In this document: positions 38,079 to 47,280 of the stretch, in pieces
Layout of the letters: each line of letters opens with the position of its first letter
How positions within the stretch are numbered: the first letter of the stretch is position 1
IMG/VR virus record: IMGVR_UViG_3300041955_001927
Length of the DNA stretch: 64,000 nt
Source: an uncultured virus (IMG/VR IMGVR_UViG_3300041955_001927)
Taxonomy: Duplodnaviria > Heunggongvirae > Uroviricota > Caudoviricetes
Reading direction: 5' to 3' (one strand)
Position numbers and translations under genes: made by a program
The notes under the pieces: generated by a model
Database searches by the model: none
What the model was told of the DNA's origin: nothing
What the model saw: only the letters and a program-made list of their open reading frames with translations

Positions 38079-38396
38079 GTGTTCCAGTCTCCCCTTGGTG
38101 TTCCAGTCCGTGTTCCAGTCGGTGTTCCGGGATTTGCCGGTCGTAAGTTCATCCTTATAAACAGGTTAAAAGGCGGTGTTCCAGTGTTCATGTCTATTCC
38201 TTCTAAATGTATGGAGAAAGAGAGAGCATATATACCCGCCATAGGACACACACACTCATTACGTTTTATAGGAAGTGTTGGAAAACCCGTTGAAACTGGA
38301 ACACGTGAACACGGACCGGTAACTCCATCTGAGTCAACAAGTTCCGGTGTTCATGTCTCGTCGTCGGCGGAAATCGAGACCGGAACACCGGAACAC
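38079..38396. repeat. Iteron-like GTGTTCC(A/G)G repeats in both orientations around an AT-rich core; putative replication origin
   Basis: Direct copies at 38079, 38098, 38110, 38122, 38176; inverted copies at 38296, 38380, 38388; immediately after the primase-helicase. Confidence 0.7.
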
Positions 38397-38747
38397 CGAC
38401 CCGAGGCCGCGCTGTTCGTTTCCACCGGTCTTGATTTCTGGGCCACGGAGCGTCCGCACGTGTTCGCCCGCGACGTTCAAATCAACGACACCGCATACCG
38501 GCGGCTTGATCCCGAGTATTTCGCATGGCTGAGGTCGCGGATGCTGGCGGTCAGGTCTGCGGTCGGTTCCGGTCGCGTGGTGGCGGACGCTTTCGAAGAA
38601 TTGCGCCAGAACTTCTATGCGGTTCAGGAATGGGCGCTCGATACGTTCGGAGAAGCAACGCTTCGTGACGCGATCCGGACCACCGATCCGACGACTTACC
38701 GACCACCGCTATGCGAGAAACCTGAGAAGACGAAACTTTTCCCGTAG
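38079..38747 (+). CDS. Hypothetical phage protein (true start uncertain; 5' part overlaps the ori repeats)
   Basis: The C-terminal half LFVSTGL...INDTAYRRLDPEYFAWLRSRM looks protein-like. Confidence 0.45.
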   Translation: MFQSPLGVPVRVPVGVPGFAGRKFILINRLKGGVPVFMSIPSKCMEKERAYIPAIGHTHSLRFIGSVGKPVETGTREHGPVTPSESTSSGVHVSSSAEIETGTPEHRPEAALFVSTGLDFWATERPHVFARDVQINDTAYRRLDPEYFAWLRSRMLAVRSAVGSGRVVADAFEELRQNFYAVQEWALDTFGEATLRDAIRTTDPTTYRPPLCEKPEKTKLFP

Positions 38748-38812
38748 GTCACGGGGTCTGGATTGCTGGACAGATTCCGTTCCCCCCTGGCGTATGATGC
38801 GATCTTGGAAGT

Positions 38813-39994
38813 ATGAAGGCGTGGCAAAAGGAAACTTCACGGGGGCGATACGTCGACCACCCTTACGTTCTGCATCTCTGCGCCGACGCGGACCTCACCA
38901 CCACGCCACAGCGTTTTAGCGATGGCACCCTCACCGTTCTTGCATATTGCCGAACGCGACTGGATATCAATCGAAAGGCTTGGGAAACCCTGCCAGCCGA
39001 TGGAGTCCTCCTTGTTCGTATTCGTCAATCATCGGGTTTACGTTTGCATTTTTGCGCGTCGCGGAGCGAACTGGATGCCGTATTTGGCGAGGTGCGGGAA
39101 ACGCCCAGCTGGGACAAGTATCGCCACTACTCCTTCCCTGATCTTCCTCAAGGTGCGAAGTCGTTCCTCATCGATCCGACTGTCGATCAGTTAGTGTCCA
39201 ATCAACAGATTTCCCGGAAAACTGCTTCACGAATCCGTGCCGACACCAGTGATCCCGGGGCGTTTGGAAGGCACTGGTGGGCCACACGGGGTCCTCTTGA
39301 GCAAGACTCGGAGGAATATCTGCGCGGCGTGGCGGCGTGGCGTGAAGCGTGGCGTCCAAAAAGAATCCGCGTTCTATTGATTGCAGAGAGCCACGTTGCA
39401 GAAGCAGTCGGTGACGCGGAGGCCCGCGTGAAAGTTCCACCGGGCCTTCTCCAGGCGACAACCATATCGTCCCTCCCGGATTGCTATGTTCGCTTGGTCT
39501 ATTGCCTTGGCTACGGACTGAACGACGCTTGCGAGCCAATCCCACGGTACAGCAATCCCGACACGCCATTCTGGGGAATCTTCGAGGCTCTCGCTTCTGG
39601 CCATCCCCTGCTTACTGTAGAGCCCGGTCCGACAACTCTTTTACACCGCCGGATTCTAATCTTGCAGGCGCTACTTGAACGTGGGATTTGGCTCGTTGAT
39701 GCAAGTGTCGTCGCCTTGTACCATCCAAGCGGCATCAAGCTCTTCAACCCGTCGATGCGAAAGAAGATCATCCGCCAGAGTTACGAGCACTTCGTGTGGC
39801 CCGCAGTGGAGAGTGGCCGACCCGAGGAAATCTGGATCATCGGCAAAGAAGTAGGAAAGGCGCTCATCGGGCGACCCGAGATTGATTCAGACCACGTGGT
39901 CAGTCAGCCTGGCGATCGTAACGTTGAACAGTATCAGTTGGGCTTGGCGCGAATGAAAGCATCGATTGTTCGCCTTTACTCACCGGGCCAGTGA
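38813..39994 (+). CDS. Two-domain moron protein with a uracil-DNA-glycosylase-like C-terminal domain
   Basis: WRPKRIRVLLIAESH, FWGIF, RGIWLVDAS, PEEIWIIGK, QP motifs resemble the UDG superfamily. Confidence 0.5.
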   Translation: MKAWQKETSRGRYVDHPYVLHLCADADLTTTPQRFSDGTLTVLAYCRTRLDINRKAWETLPADGVLLVRIRQSSGLRLHFCASRSELDAVFGEVRETPSWDKYRHYSFPDLPQGAKSFLIDPTVDQLVSNQQISRKTASRIRADTSDPGAFGRHWWATRGPLEQDSEEYLRGVAAWREAWRPKRIRVLLIAESHVAEAVGDAEARVKVPPGLLQATTISSLPDCYVRLVYCLGYGLNDACEPIPRYSNPDTPFWGIFEALASGHPLLTVEPGPTTLLHRRILILQALLERGIWLVDASVVALYHPSGIKLFNPSMRKKIIRQSYEHFVWPAVESGRPEEIWIIGKEVGKALIGRPEIDSDHVVSQPGDRNVEQYQLGLARMKASIVRLYSPGQ

Positions 39995-40193
39995 GCGCTG
40001 AGCCCCGAGATTTCCTGGGCACAGGTTTACACTTTTCCCCCGCCTTGCGTATATTTACATCGAAGGTTCTGATCGAACACGGCCAGCGCAAAGCGCACCC
40101 TCAGAAGGAACTCTTCCTCCGCCATTGATAACCGAGAGACGGGACTCTCGAAACAACTCCCTCCCTTTCTTGTCGTACCCGAAGTGTGCCCGG

Positions 40194-40529
40194 ATGAAGC
40201 CCGCCGATCGAATCCCCTACTACGCGCCCGATGGTACGTCGCGCGGCTTCCGTTCTCTTGAAGCGGCCAATCTGCTGATCGCGGCCAATCTGGTGAACCC
40301 GTCGTATGGCCGTAAGGGGCACTTGAAGGCAATCTGGGCGCCGAAGGAAGACGGCAGCAGCGCAGTTGATGCAAGTACCAAGACCGGCACTCGATACAGC
40401 GTTCTCGAAACCCTCCAACATGGCCGCTGCTGGAAACTGCGGCGACTTGATCGCCGTGATGAAGACGGCGTACCGTTCAGCACGCGGGCTGTATTTGTGC
40501 AGGTCGTGACAGATTGTCTGGTGCCGTGA
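40194..40529 (+). CDS. Hypothetical phage protein
   Basis: ORF in line with the downstream late genes. Confidence 0.5.
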   Translation: MKPADRIPYYAPDGTSRGFRSLEAANLLIAANLVNPSYGRKGHLKAIWAPKEDGSSAVDASTKTGTRYSVLETLQHGRCWKLRRLDRRDEDGVPFSTRAVFVQVVTDCLVP

Positions 40530-40577
40530 AAACCAGCCGGAAGAAGATAGGCGGCCGATTCGTAGCGTGGGCTCGCG

Positions 40578-40778
40578 GTGCGTTTGTCCGTCAGCCGCAA
40601 GTCTCGAAAGCGGCGAACACTGAGCTTGCAGTCGGAAAAAGAACGATGCCGCCAAGAACTGGTGGCCATCGAAGCGGAACTGCATGCCGGGTCTCCTGAC
40701 GTCGAAGGGCTGTGTCAGGCGCTGCAGGACTGGTCGGCTGAACTGCGAATCCTTGAAGGACTGTCCCTCGAACCATGA
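40578..40778 (+). CDS. Small hypothetical protein
   Basis: ERCRQELVAIEAEL..G.PDVEGLC.AL.DWSAELRIL; coupled to the next gene. Confidence 0.45.
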   Translation: MRLSVSRKSRKRRTLSLQSEKERCRQELVAIEAELHAGSPDVEGLCQALQDWSAELRILEGLSLEP

Positions 40779-41041
40779 CAACAGACGATCAGATTCTTCA
40801 AATCATAATTCCGGCATTCGGGCTGGTGTCGGGCCTGATCGGCGCTTATGTCGGCCTGCAGAATCGCGCGCTCCTTGCCGAGGTCCGCAAGGAGCTGGCG
40901 GAACTGGAGAACCGGATCATCCTGCGGATCAACGGCACTTACGTGCGGACGGCGGAATTGAAACTTCACGACGAGAATATGCGCGCGAGGATCGAACTCC
41001 TGGCAGCAGAGTTGCGGAACCGAAACGCCGCGACAGACTGA
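40775..41041 (+). CDS. Small membrane protein (1 TM + coiled coil; holin/antiholin-like?)
   Basis: Hydrophobic ILQIIIPAFGLVSGLIGAYVGL, then a charged helix. Confidence 0.5.
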   Translation: MTTDDQILQIIIPAFGLVSGLIGAYVGLQNRALLAEVRKELAELENRIILRINGTYVRTAELKLHDENMRARIELLAAELRNRNAATD

Positions 41042-41047
41042 CCCGCA

Positions 41048-41488
41048 ATGCCGAGCGCACCCAGGCGTTCGTGCGGTTCGCCCGGCTGCGGGACTCTCTC
41101 CGATGGCGAACCGTACTGCCCGGAGCACAAACGGGAGACCCGGCGCCAGCAGGATGAGCAGAGAGGGAACTCCGCGACACGCGGCTACGGCGCGGACCAT
41201 CGCAAACTGCGCGTCCTCTGCTTCCAGCGCGACGCGTGGCGATGCGTGGATTGCGGGTGGGAACCGGAGATCGTAGCGGACTGCCGGTGCTTCGAACTGG
41301 GCGACCCGCCCGTTGAGAAAGTGCTGGAGGAACTGCGGCAACGGCTCAACCAGGGTGAACGGCATCTGCACGCCGACCATCGGATCCCCATCGCGGTTCG
41401 TCCGGACCTCAGTCTGGTTCTGGATAACCTCCAGACCCTTTGCGACCGATGCCATAACCGGAAAACGCGGAGGGAAAAGGATGGATGA
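41048..41488 (+). CDS. Terminase-associated HNH endonuclease
   Basis: CxxxGC...YCPEH, RGYG, CVDCG, HADHRIPI...NLQTLCDRCHNRKT; upstream of terS. Confidence 0.9.
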   Translation: MPSAPRRSCGSPGCGTLSDGEPYCPEHKRETRRQQDEQRGNSATRGYGADHRKLRVLCFQRDAWRCVDCGWEPEIVADCRCFELGDPPVEKVLEELRQRLNQGERHLHADHRIPIAVRPDLSLVLDNLQTLCDRCHNRKTRREKDG

Positions 41489-41594
41489 AGGGGGGATGGG
41501 GGTAGGGCGGGTCAAATCTCCGCGGGTCGGGGCCGCGCGACCGGTGCGCCCCTTTCTGCGAAAATCCGCGAATTAGAAAATTTCGTTTCCTGAA
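41489..41594. other. Probable cos packaging site region
   Basis: G-rich GGGCGGGTCAAATC...GACCG intergenic stretch between HNH and terS, the usual cos position in HK97-like phages. Confidence 0.45.
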
Positions 41595-42137
41595 ATGCGA
41601 CCGGGACGAAAGCCAACGCCGGTCAAGGCGCAGATCGCAGCCGGCGACCCTCGCAAGAAGGGTGTCCACAAGTTGGCGCAGCAGCTCGCGGCAGAGCCGA
41701 AAGCCTCGCGGGGATTGCCATCCTGTCCGAAGCACCTGAAAGGCCGGGCGCGCGCGGCGTGGATTTTCTGGTCGGAGGAACTGGCGGCGATGGCCATCGA
41801 CTGCCGTCCTGATTCCCACATGCTCGAAGGCGCCTGCGTTGCTTACGATGCGGCGGTCGATGCCTACGAGACGATCCAGAAACAGGGAAGGCTGATCGCA
41901 AAGAAGGCAGTGGACCCGACGACCAACAAGCTAGTCGTCGTGGATGTGAAACCACATCCTGCGGTGCGGCAGGGAAATCAGGCGTGGGCTTTGATGCGTT
42001 CGTTCTGTTCTGAGTTCGGTTTGTCGCCGGTAAGCCGGATGCGGCTCGCGATCGAGAAGGAAGACGTTGGCGACGCGGACCTGCTGGAACTGCTGGGGCG
42101 GCCACGAGAGAAGAAACCGCCGGTCGTGGTGCAGTGA
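41595..42137 (+). CDS. terS: Terminase small subunit (P27 family)
   Basis: GRKPTP..., PKHL...AR..W, KPHPAV, EFGLSPVSRMRL. Confidence 0.9.
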   Translation: MRPGRKPTPVKAQIAAGDPRKKGVHKLAQQLAAEPKASRGLPSCPKHLKGRARAAWIFWSEELAAMAIDCRPDSHMLEGACVAYDAAVDAYETIQKQGRLIAKKAVDPTTNKLVVVDVKPHPAVRQGNQAWALMRSFCSEFGLSPVSRMRLAIEKEDVGDADLLELLGRPREKKPPVVVQ

Positions 42138-42637
42138 TGAAAATCGAATTCTGGCCGATCGACAAGCCGATCCCGTTCGCGCGGAACGCACGAAAGATTC
42201 CGCAGGCCGCTCTCGACAAGGTCGCCGCGAGTATCCGGGAGTTCGGCTGGCAGCAGCCGATTGTCGTGGACGGCGAGGATGTCGTCGTTGCCGGCCATGT
42301 GCGCCTGCTGGCCGCCAGACAACTCGGGGAGAAGAACGTTCCCGTTCATGTTGCGACCGGGCTCACGTCTGGACAGATCCAGGCATTTCGCCTCATGGAC
42401 AATCGCAGCCATGAGGAAACTGGATGGGATCTGGAGCTCTTGGGCTTGGAGATGGCCGAGCTTCAGGAGTTGAACGTCGACGTAACGCTGACCGGTTTCG
42501 ACGCCGCTGAGCTTTCAAAGTTGATCGATTCGACGCCGGAATCAGCAGAGTCGGTTGAGAACCCCGACCAGACTGCTCCTGCCGCACTCCGGTGCCCGAA
42601 GTGCGGATTTCTGCAAGGGGCGGACATCCCGTCATGA
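42134..42637 (+). CDS. ParB/Srx N-terminal-domain protein with C-terminal CxxC
   Basis: IPFARNAR, VAASIREFGWQQPIVVD, AGHVRL.AA, DNR; CPKCG. Confidence 0.85.
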   Translation: MMKIEFWPIDKPIPFARNARKIPQAALDKVAASIREFGWQQPIVVDGEDVVVAGHVRLLAARQLGEKNVPVHVATGLTSGQIQAFRLMDNRSHEETGWDLELLGLEMAELQELNVDVTLTGFDAAELSKLIDSTPESAESVENPDQTAPAALRCPKCGFLQGADIPS

Positions 42638-43167
42638 AGGCCCCCGCGATGAAGGTCGAACTCTGGCCCATCGACAAGCTGATCCCTTACGCCCGGAACG
42701 CGCGAACCATGACGCCCGCTGCAGTGGACAAGGTGGCTGCCTCGATTCAGGAATTCGGCTGGCGGCAGCCGATTGTGGTGGATGCGAACCGCGTGATCAT
42801 CGCCGGGCATACGCGTCTGGCGGCTGCCCGGAAACTGGGGCTCAAGAAAGTCCCGGTGCTAACCGCCGCGCATCTGACACCGGCGCAGGTGCGGGCGTAC
42901 CGGCTGATGGACAACCGCAGCCATGAAGAGACTTCGTGGGACTCATCCCTGCTGGCCGACTGTCTCGCCGAGCTTCAGACCGGGGGTGCCAACCTCGACC
43001 TGACCGGTTTCAATTCAGACGAGATCACGGTTTTCCTGATGAAAGCAGCGGCTGCCGACGAGGCGCCGGAAGAATTCAAAGAGTACGACGAAACCGTAGC
43101 CACCGAGCACGAGTGCCTCAACTGCGGATACAAGTGGAGCGGCGGCAGTGCGTCGCCTTCCGACTGA
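42634..43167 (+). CDS. ParB/Srx N-terminal-domain protein with C-terminal CxxC (paralog)
   Basis: IPYARNAR, VAASIQEFGWRQPIVVD, AGHTRL.AA, DNR; HECLNCGYKW. Confidence 0.85.
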   Translation: MKAPAMKVELWPIDKLIPYARNARTMTPAAVDKVAASIQEFGWRQPIVVDANRVIIAGHTRLAAARKLGLKKVPVLTAAHLTPAQVRAYRLMDNRSHEETSWDSSLLADCLAELQTGGANLDLTGFNSDEITVFLMKAAAADEAPEEFKEYDETVATEHECLNCGYKWSGGSASPSD

Positions 43168-43169
43168 CC

Positions 43170-44588
43170 ATGGCCACTCGGGTAATGCATCACACCAACG
43201 GCCAGCACCGCAATCAGGGCAACGTGCTGAATCGGGCATGCCCAGCGATCAAAAGCCGACCGGCGGACCTGTCGGTTCAGACTGACGGCCAGCCTGAGGT
43301 TCTACCCGCCAGTGCAACCGCAGGCAAGCCGATCTATCGTGTGCCGTCGATGGTCGAGGTGGCAGCGATCCCATGGAATGGTTTCACGGTGGCGTCGACG
43401 TTCTCAGGGTGCGGCGGATCGTGCCTCGGTTATCGCATGGCGGGTTTCAAGGTCGTCTGGGCGAATGAGTTCGTGCCAGCGGCACAGGATTCTTATCGGG
43501 CGAACATGAGTCCCGGCTGCATTCTGGATACTCGCGATATCAAGACCGTGAAGGTGGAGGAAATCCTCGCGGCCACCGGTCTGAAGCCGGGCGAACTGGA
43601 TCTCTTCGACGGTTCACCGCCCTGCCAGGCATTCTCCATGGCAGGCACCCGCGAAAAGGGCTGGGGCAAGAAAAAGACCTATGAGCACGGCGCGCAGCAA
43701 TGCAACGAAACGCTGTTCGATGAATACATTCGTCTGCTGCGAGGGCTCCAGCCGAAAACGTTTGTCGCCGAGAACGTGAGCGGCCTGGTTAAAGGCACGG
43801 CCAAAGGCTGGTTCATCGAAGTGCTGCGCGCGCTGAAAGCTTCCGGCTATCGCGTGAAGGCCCGGCTTCTCGATGCGCAGTGGCTCGGCGTGCCGCAACT
43901 GCGCCAGCGGATCATCTTCGTCGGCGTGCGTGAGGATCTCCGGCTGGACCCGGTTCACCCGGAGCCGCTCCGATACCGCTACTCGGTGCGCGACGCGCTG
44001 CCGCACCTGACAGCCTGCCGGACGGTGGCCCACGGTTTCACGAAAGAGGGAGACTTGAATCTTCGCGGCCCGGCACCTTCCGTCACCGCATCCGGAGGGG
44101 CTGCGTACACCGGACACCAGGTGCAATCGGCAGAGCTGCTGCCGGGCGATGCTTCGCCGGTCACGGAACTGACAGGGCGCGTCGGCTCGAAGTTCAAACG
44201 GAAAAGGATCAGTCTCGACGGACCGCTCAATACCGTGAACGCGCAGGGCGCGGGCGTCCAGCGATTCGAACTGTCCGACCGCGCCATTCACAATACCGGG
44301 AGTCCGGGATGGAGCGCCGGCGACATTACCGATCAACCTTCGCCGACCGTGACTGTCGGAAGCATCAGCCGCGACGGCGGTGGCGCCAGCAACCATTTCC
44401 ACGTTGTCAACGCAACGGAGCGCCGGAAGTTCACCATTGCGGAACTGAGGCGCATCTGCGCTTTCCCCGATGACTTCATCCTGACCGGAACATACGCGCA
44501 GCAGTGGGAGCGGCTCGGCAATTCCGTTCCGCCACTGATGATGAAGGCGATTGCCGAGACGATCCGCGACAAGGTGCTGGCCCGATGA
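43170..44588 (+). CDS. DNA (cytosine-5) methyltransferase
   Basis: STFSGCGG, GSPPCQAFS, ENVSGL, GVPQLRQR, FPDDF, LGNSVPP. Confidence 0.92.
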   Translation: MATRVMHHTNGQHRNQGNVLNRACPAIKSRPADLSVQTDGQPEVLPASATAGKPIYRVPSMVEVAAIPWNGFTVASTFSGCGGSCLGYRMAGFKVVWANEFVPAAQDSYRANMSPGCILDTRDIKTVKVEEILAATGLKPGELDLFDGSPPCQAFSMAGTREKGWGKKKTYEHGAQQCNETLFDEYIRLLRGLQPKTFVAENVSGLVKGTAKGWFIEVLRALKASGYRVKARLLDAQWLGVPQLRQRIIFVGVREDLRLDPVHPEPLRYRYSVRDALPHLTACRTVAHGFTKEGDLNLRGPAPSVTASGGAAYTGHQVQSAELLPGDASPVTELTGRVGSKFKRKRISLDGPLNTVNAQGAGVQRFELSDRAIHNTGSPGWSAGDITDQPSPTVTVGSISRDGGGASNHFHVVNATERRKFTIAELRRICAFPDDFILTGTYAQQWERLGNSVPPLMMKAIAETIRDKVLAR

Positions 44589-45835
44589 AGATCGAACTCT
44601 GGCTGATTGACAAGGTGATTCCTTACGCAAGGAATGCCCGGACAATCACGCCTGCGGCGGTCGAGAAGGTCGCGGCGTCGATTCAGGAATTCGGCTGGCG
44701 GCAACCGATTGTGGTCGATGCGCAGCGCGTGATCGTCGCCGGGCACACACGCATGCTGGCGGCCCGCAAACTCGGGCTAACGGAAGTTCCGGTGCACGTC
44801 GCGGACAATCTGACGCCGGCACAGGTGAAAGCCTACCGGTTGATGGACAACCGGAGCCACGACGAGACCTCGTGGGACTTCGAACTGCTCGGGCTCGAGT
44901 TGCTGGACCTGCAGAACCTCGGCTTCGGCAATCTGGAACTGACGGGATTCGACCAGAAGGAAATCGCCGACTTCCTCGCCGGCGCGGCGTCGCCGGGGCA
45001 GGACGGCCTGACCCCCGACGACGAGGCACCGGCCCTGCGTGAGGCCGCCGTGACGCAAACGGGCGAACTGTGGCGGATGGCGGAACACCGCCTGCTCTGC
45101 GGTGACGCGACGATTCTGGCCGATGTCAAACGGGTACTCGCAGGCGCCCGGGTGGACCTGGTTATCATCGATCCGCCCTACAACGTCGATTACGAAGGTG
45201 CGACGAAAGAGAAGCTCAAGATCAAAAACGACCGGATGGCCGACAGCGTGTTCTTCAGCTTCCTGCTCAAGGCTTATGAGAACCTCGCCGGCGTAACGAA
45301 GGAAGGCGCGGGGATCTATGTATTTCACGCCGATACCGAAGGCGTGAACTTCCGCCGCGCGCTGGTCGAGGCGGGCTGGAAGCTGGCGCAGTGCTGCGTA
45401 TGGGTCAAGCAGGCACTGGTGATGGGCCGGCAGGATTACCACTGGCAGCACGAGCCGATCCTTTACGGCTGGAAGCCCGGCGCCTCGCATCGCTGGTTCA
45501 CGGACCGGAAGCAGACCACGGTGTGGAACTTCGATAAGCCGGCGCGGTCCGTCGAGCACCCGACCATGAAGCCGGTGGACCTGATCTCGTACCCGATTCT
45601 CAACAGCAGCCGGAACGGCGACGTTGTGCTGGACACTTTCGGTGGAGCGGGATCAACTTTGATTGCGTGCGCGAAACATGGACGCGAGGCCCGGCTGCTG
45701 GAAATCGACCCGAAGTATTGCGACGTCATCATTCGCCGATGGCAGGAGTGGAGCGGGGAGAAGGCCTGCAACGAAGAAGGCCGGTCATTCGAGGATGTCT
45801 CGAAGGACCGGCTGGTGGCGGTGCCCGCTGGTTAG
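44585..45835 (+). CDS. ParB-domain + N4/N6 DNA methyltransferase
   Basis: ParB N-term; HRLLCGD, IDPPYNV, HPTMKPV, VLDTFGGAGST, EIDPKYCDVIIRRW. Confidence 0.92.
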   Translation: MKIELWLIDKVIPYARNARTITPAAVEKVAASIQEFGWRQPIVVDAQRVIVAGHTRMLAARKLGLTEVPVHVADNLTPAQVKAYRLMDNRSHDETSWDFELLGLELLDLQNLGFGNLELTGFDQKEIADFLAGAASPGQDGLTPDDEAPALREAAVTQTGELWRMAEHRLLCGDATILADVKRVLAGARVDLVIIDPPYNVDYEGATKEKLKIKNDRMADSVFFSFLLKAYENLAGVTKEGAGIYVFHADTEGVNFRRALVEAGWKLAQCCVWVKQALVMGRQDYHWQHEPILYGWKPGASHRWFTDRKQTTVWNFDKPARSVEHPTMKPVDLISYPILNSSRNGDVVLDTFGGAGSTLIACAKHGREARLLEIDPKYCDVIIRRWQEWSGEKACNEEGRSFEDVSKDRLVAVPAG

Positions 45836-46065
45836 TACTTAAGCCCCAATTCATCAACCCCGCTCCGGTCGCCGAGGGAGGCGAGCACCTGGGCGAGTTC
45901 TTCGTTGATGTGGCCGATGTCGCCGACGTAACCCCAGTCGCGAGGCTCGGCAGCCTGTCTGGTCTGGTGTTCGGCGAGGCGGGAGGCGATCCGCTTCAGG
46001 AGGTCCTGCGCGGTTGCGGTCTTCTGGCTGTAGGCGGCGGCTGCGGTCTTTGTGGTGTTCGTCAT
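45832..46065 (-). CDS. Small hypothetical protein
   Basis: AAGGA SD; DWGYVGDIGH motif; own repeated promoter unit. Confidence 0.6.
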   Translation of the reverse strand: MTNTTKTAAAAYSQKTATAQDLLKRIASRLAEHQTRQAAEPRDWGYVGDIGHINEELAQVLASLGDRSGVDELGLKY

Positions 46066-46075
46066 CGTTTGTTGT

Positions 46076-46170
46076 CCTTGCATGACGATTAATCACTCCG
46101 TTCGCGGGACGGATCAAGTTGAATTCTGCGAATACGACGAAGAAAGCCGCCGGGAAGGTGACCGGCGGCT
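46076..46170 (-). promoter_or_regulatory. Repeated terminator + promoter unit, copy 1
   Basis: Hairpin AGCCGCCGG/CCGGCGGCT with minus-strand T tail, then TTGATC...GAGTGATTAAT...CATGCAAGGA. Confidence 0.6.
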
Positions 46171-46197
46171 GGAGGGCTTAAGAATGCGCCTGGCGAT

Positions 46198-46524
46198 TCA
46201 TCCGCGAAGGGCTGGCCTGGCGGCGAGAATCGATCGCTCAATCGCGTCGAGTTCCGCGGAAGCGTGCGCGTTGCTGGTCGCCACCGTGCGCGCCAGTTCG
46301 TTCTCCTTCAGGGAGTGGCTGATTCCCGAGTTCTCGCCAAACTCTGTGGTGAAGCCGACGAAGGCCCGTCCGTAAACGTCTGTGCCGCGGAAGCGAATGT
46401 CGATCACCCTGCGCATTTTGCCGAAGCAATCCAGCGCGAGGTCTCCGACCTGCAGGTTTTGAATATCAGCCAGCGTGGGTACGATCAGGGCCGGTCCGGT
46501 TGGGTTCGTTTGGTAGTTCGTCAT
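46198..46524 (-). CDS. Hypothetical protein
   Basis: AAGGAG SD; own repeated promoter unit. Confidence 0.55.
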   Translation of the reverse strand: MTNYQTNPTGPALIVPTLADIQNLQVGDLALDCFGKMRRVIDIRFRGTDVYGRAFVGFTTEFGENSGISHSLKENELARTVATSNAHASAELDAIERSILAARPALRG

Positions 46525-46533
46525 CGTGCGTCT

Positions 46534-46633
46534 CCTTGCATGACGATTCATCACTCGGGTCGCTGAACGGATCAAGCGAATTCTGCGACAAACGAAGAAA
46601 AAAAGCCGCCGGGGAAGAAAGACCCCGGCGGCC
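46534..46633 (-). promoter_or_regulatory. Repeated terminator + promoter unit, copy 2
   Basis: GCCGCCGGGG/CCCCGGCGGC hairpin with T-run, then TTGATC...GAGTGATGAAT...CATGCAAGGA. Confidence 0.6.
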
Positions 46634-46656
46634 GGAAGTAATCAACATGGCTGCGT

Positions 46657-47241
46657 TCAGACTTTGAGTTCGTAGCGGCGATCCCCGTTCTCGCCCTTGG
46701 TGGAGACGACCGTCAGGCCATGCTTTTTTGCGAGGGACCCGCCGGCGCTCATCAGCGCTCGCGTGGTGTGCGACTGCCAGCCCATCTCGGTCATGAGTTC
46801 TTTGAGCGTCACGCCGCCTTCGCGTTTGAGCAGTTCAATCACGCGGCTGGTTTTGCTGCCTTCGCGCGGGCCGGAGGCTGCTGCGGCGGCCCCGTCGGCT
46901 TTCTTCGCCCGCTTGGGCTTGGTCTCCGCGGGTGCCGCCTCCGGCGCGACGTCGGGCGTTTGTGGCGCAACGGGCTCGGGCGTGGCAGCCGGCACCGTTT
47001 CGCCGAGGCTCTGGAGGGCCTTCCAGATGCGTTCGGTGGCTGTTTTGCGGCTGGTGAATTTCGTTACGGGTTTGACGCCCGGCAGGCTGTTCCAGATCTC
47101 AATCAGCCGCTTGTTGTCGGGGCCGATCAGGTCCGCGAATTGCTCCTCGGTGGCGAAGACGCCGGCGTCGGTCTCGCGGGCGGCTTTGCGGGATGCGTGG
47201 ACCGTGATGTTGTTTTCTGCGTCGATCGTAAAGTGTTTCAT
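46657..47241 (-). CDS. DUF3489-domain protein
   Basis: PREGSKT..VI.LL.R..G.T..ELM...GWQSHT.R; N-term LIEIWNSLPG..PV.KF. Confidence 0.8.
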   Translation of the reverse strand: MKHFTIDAENNITVHASRKAARETDAGVFATEEQFADLIGPDNKRLIEIWNSLPGVKPVTKFTSRKTATERIWKALQSLGETVPAATPEPVAPQTPDVAPEAAPAETKPKRAKKADGAAAAASGPREGSKTSRVIELLKREGGVTLKELMTEMGWQSHTTRALMSAGGSLAKKHGLTVVSTKGENGDRRYELKV

Positions 47242-47280
47242 GTTTTTTCTCCTTGCGGGGATTCCCTCGCCGCGATCACA

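Noticed and set aside
38079..38396. Short repeats as a CRISPR array
   Set aside because: 9-bp units, irregular spacing, both orientations, no cas genes
42936..43169. Upstream extension of the C5 MTase ORF
   Set aside because: Overlaps the ParB paralog; ATG 43170 follows its stop by 2 nt
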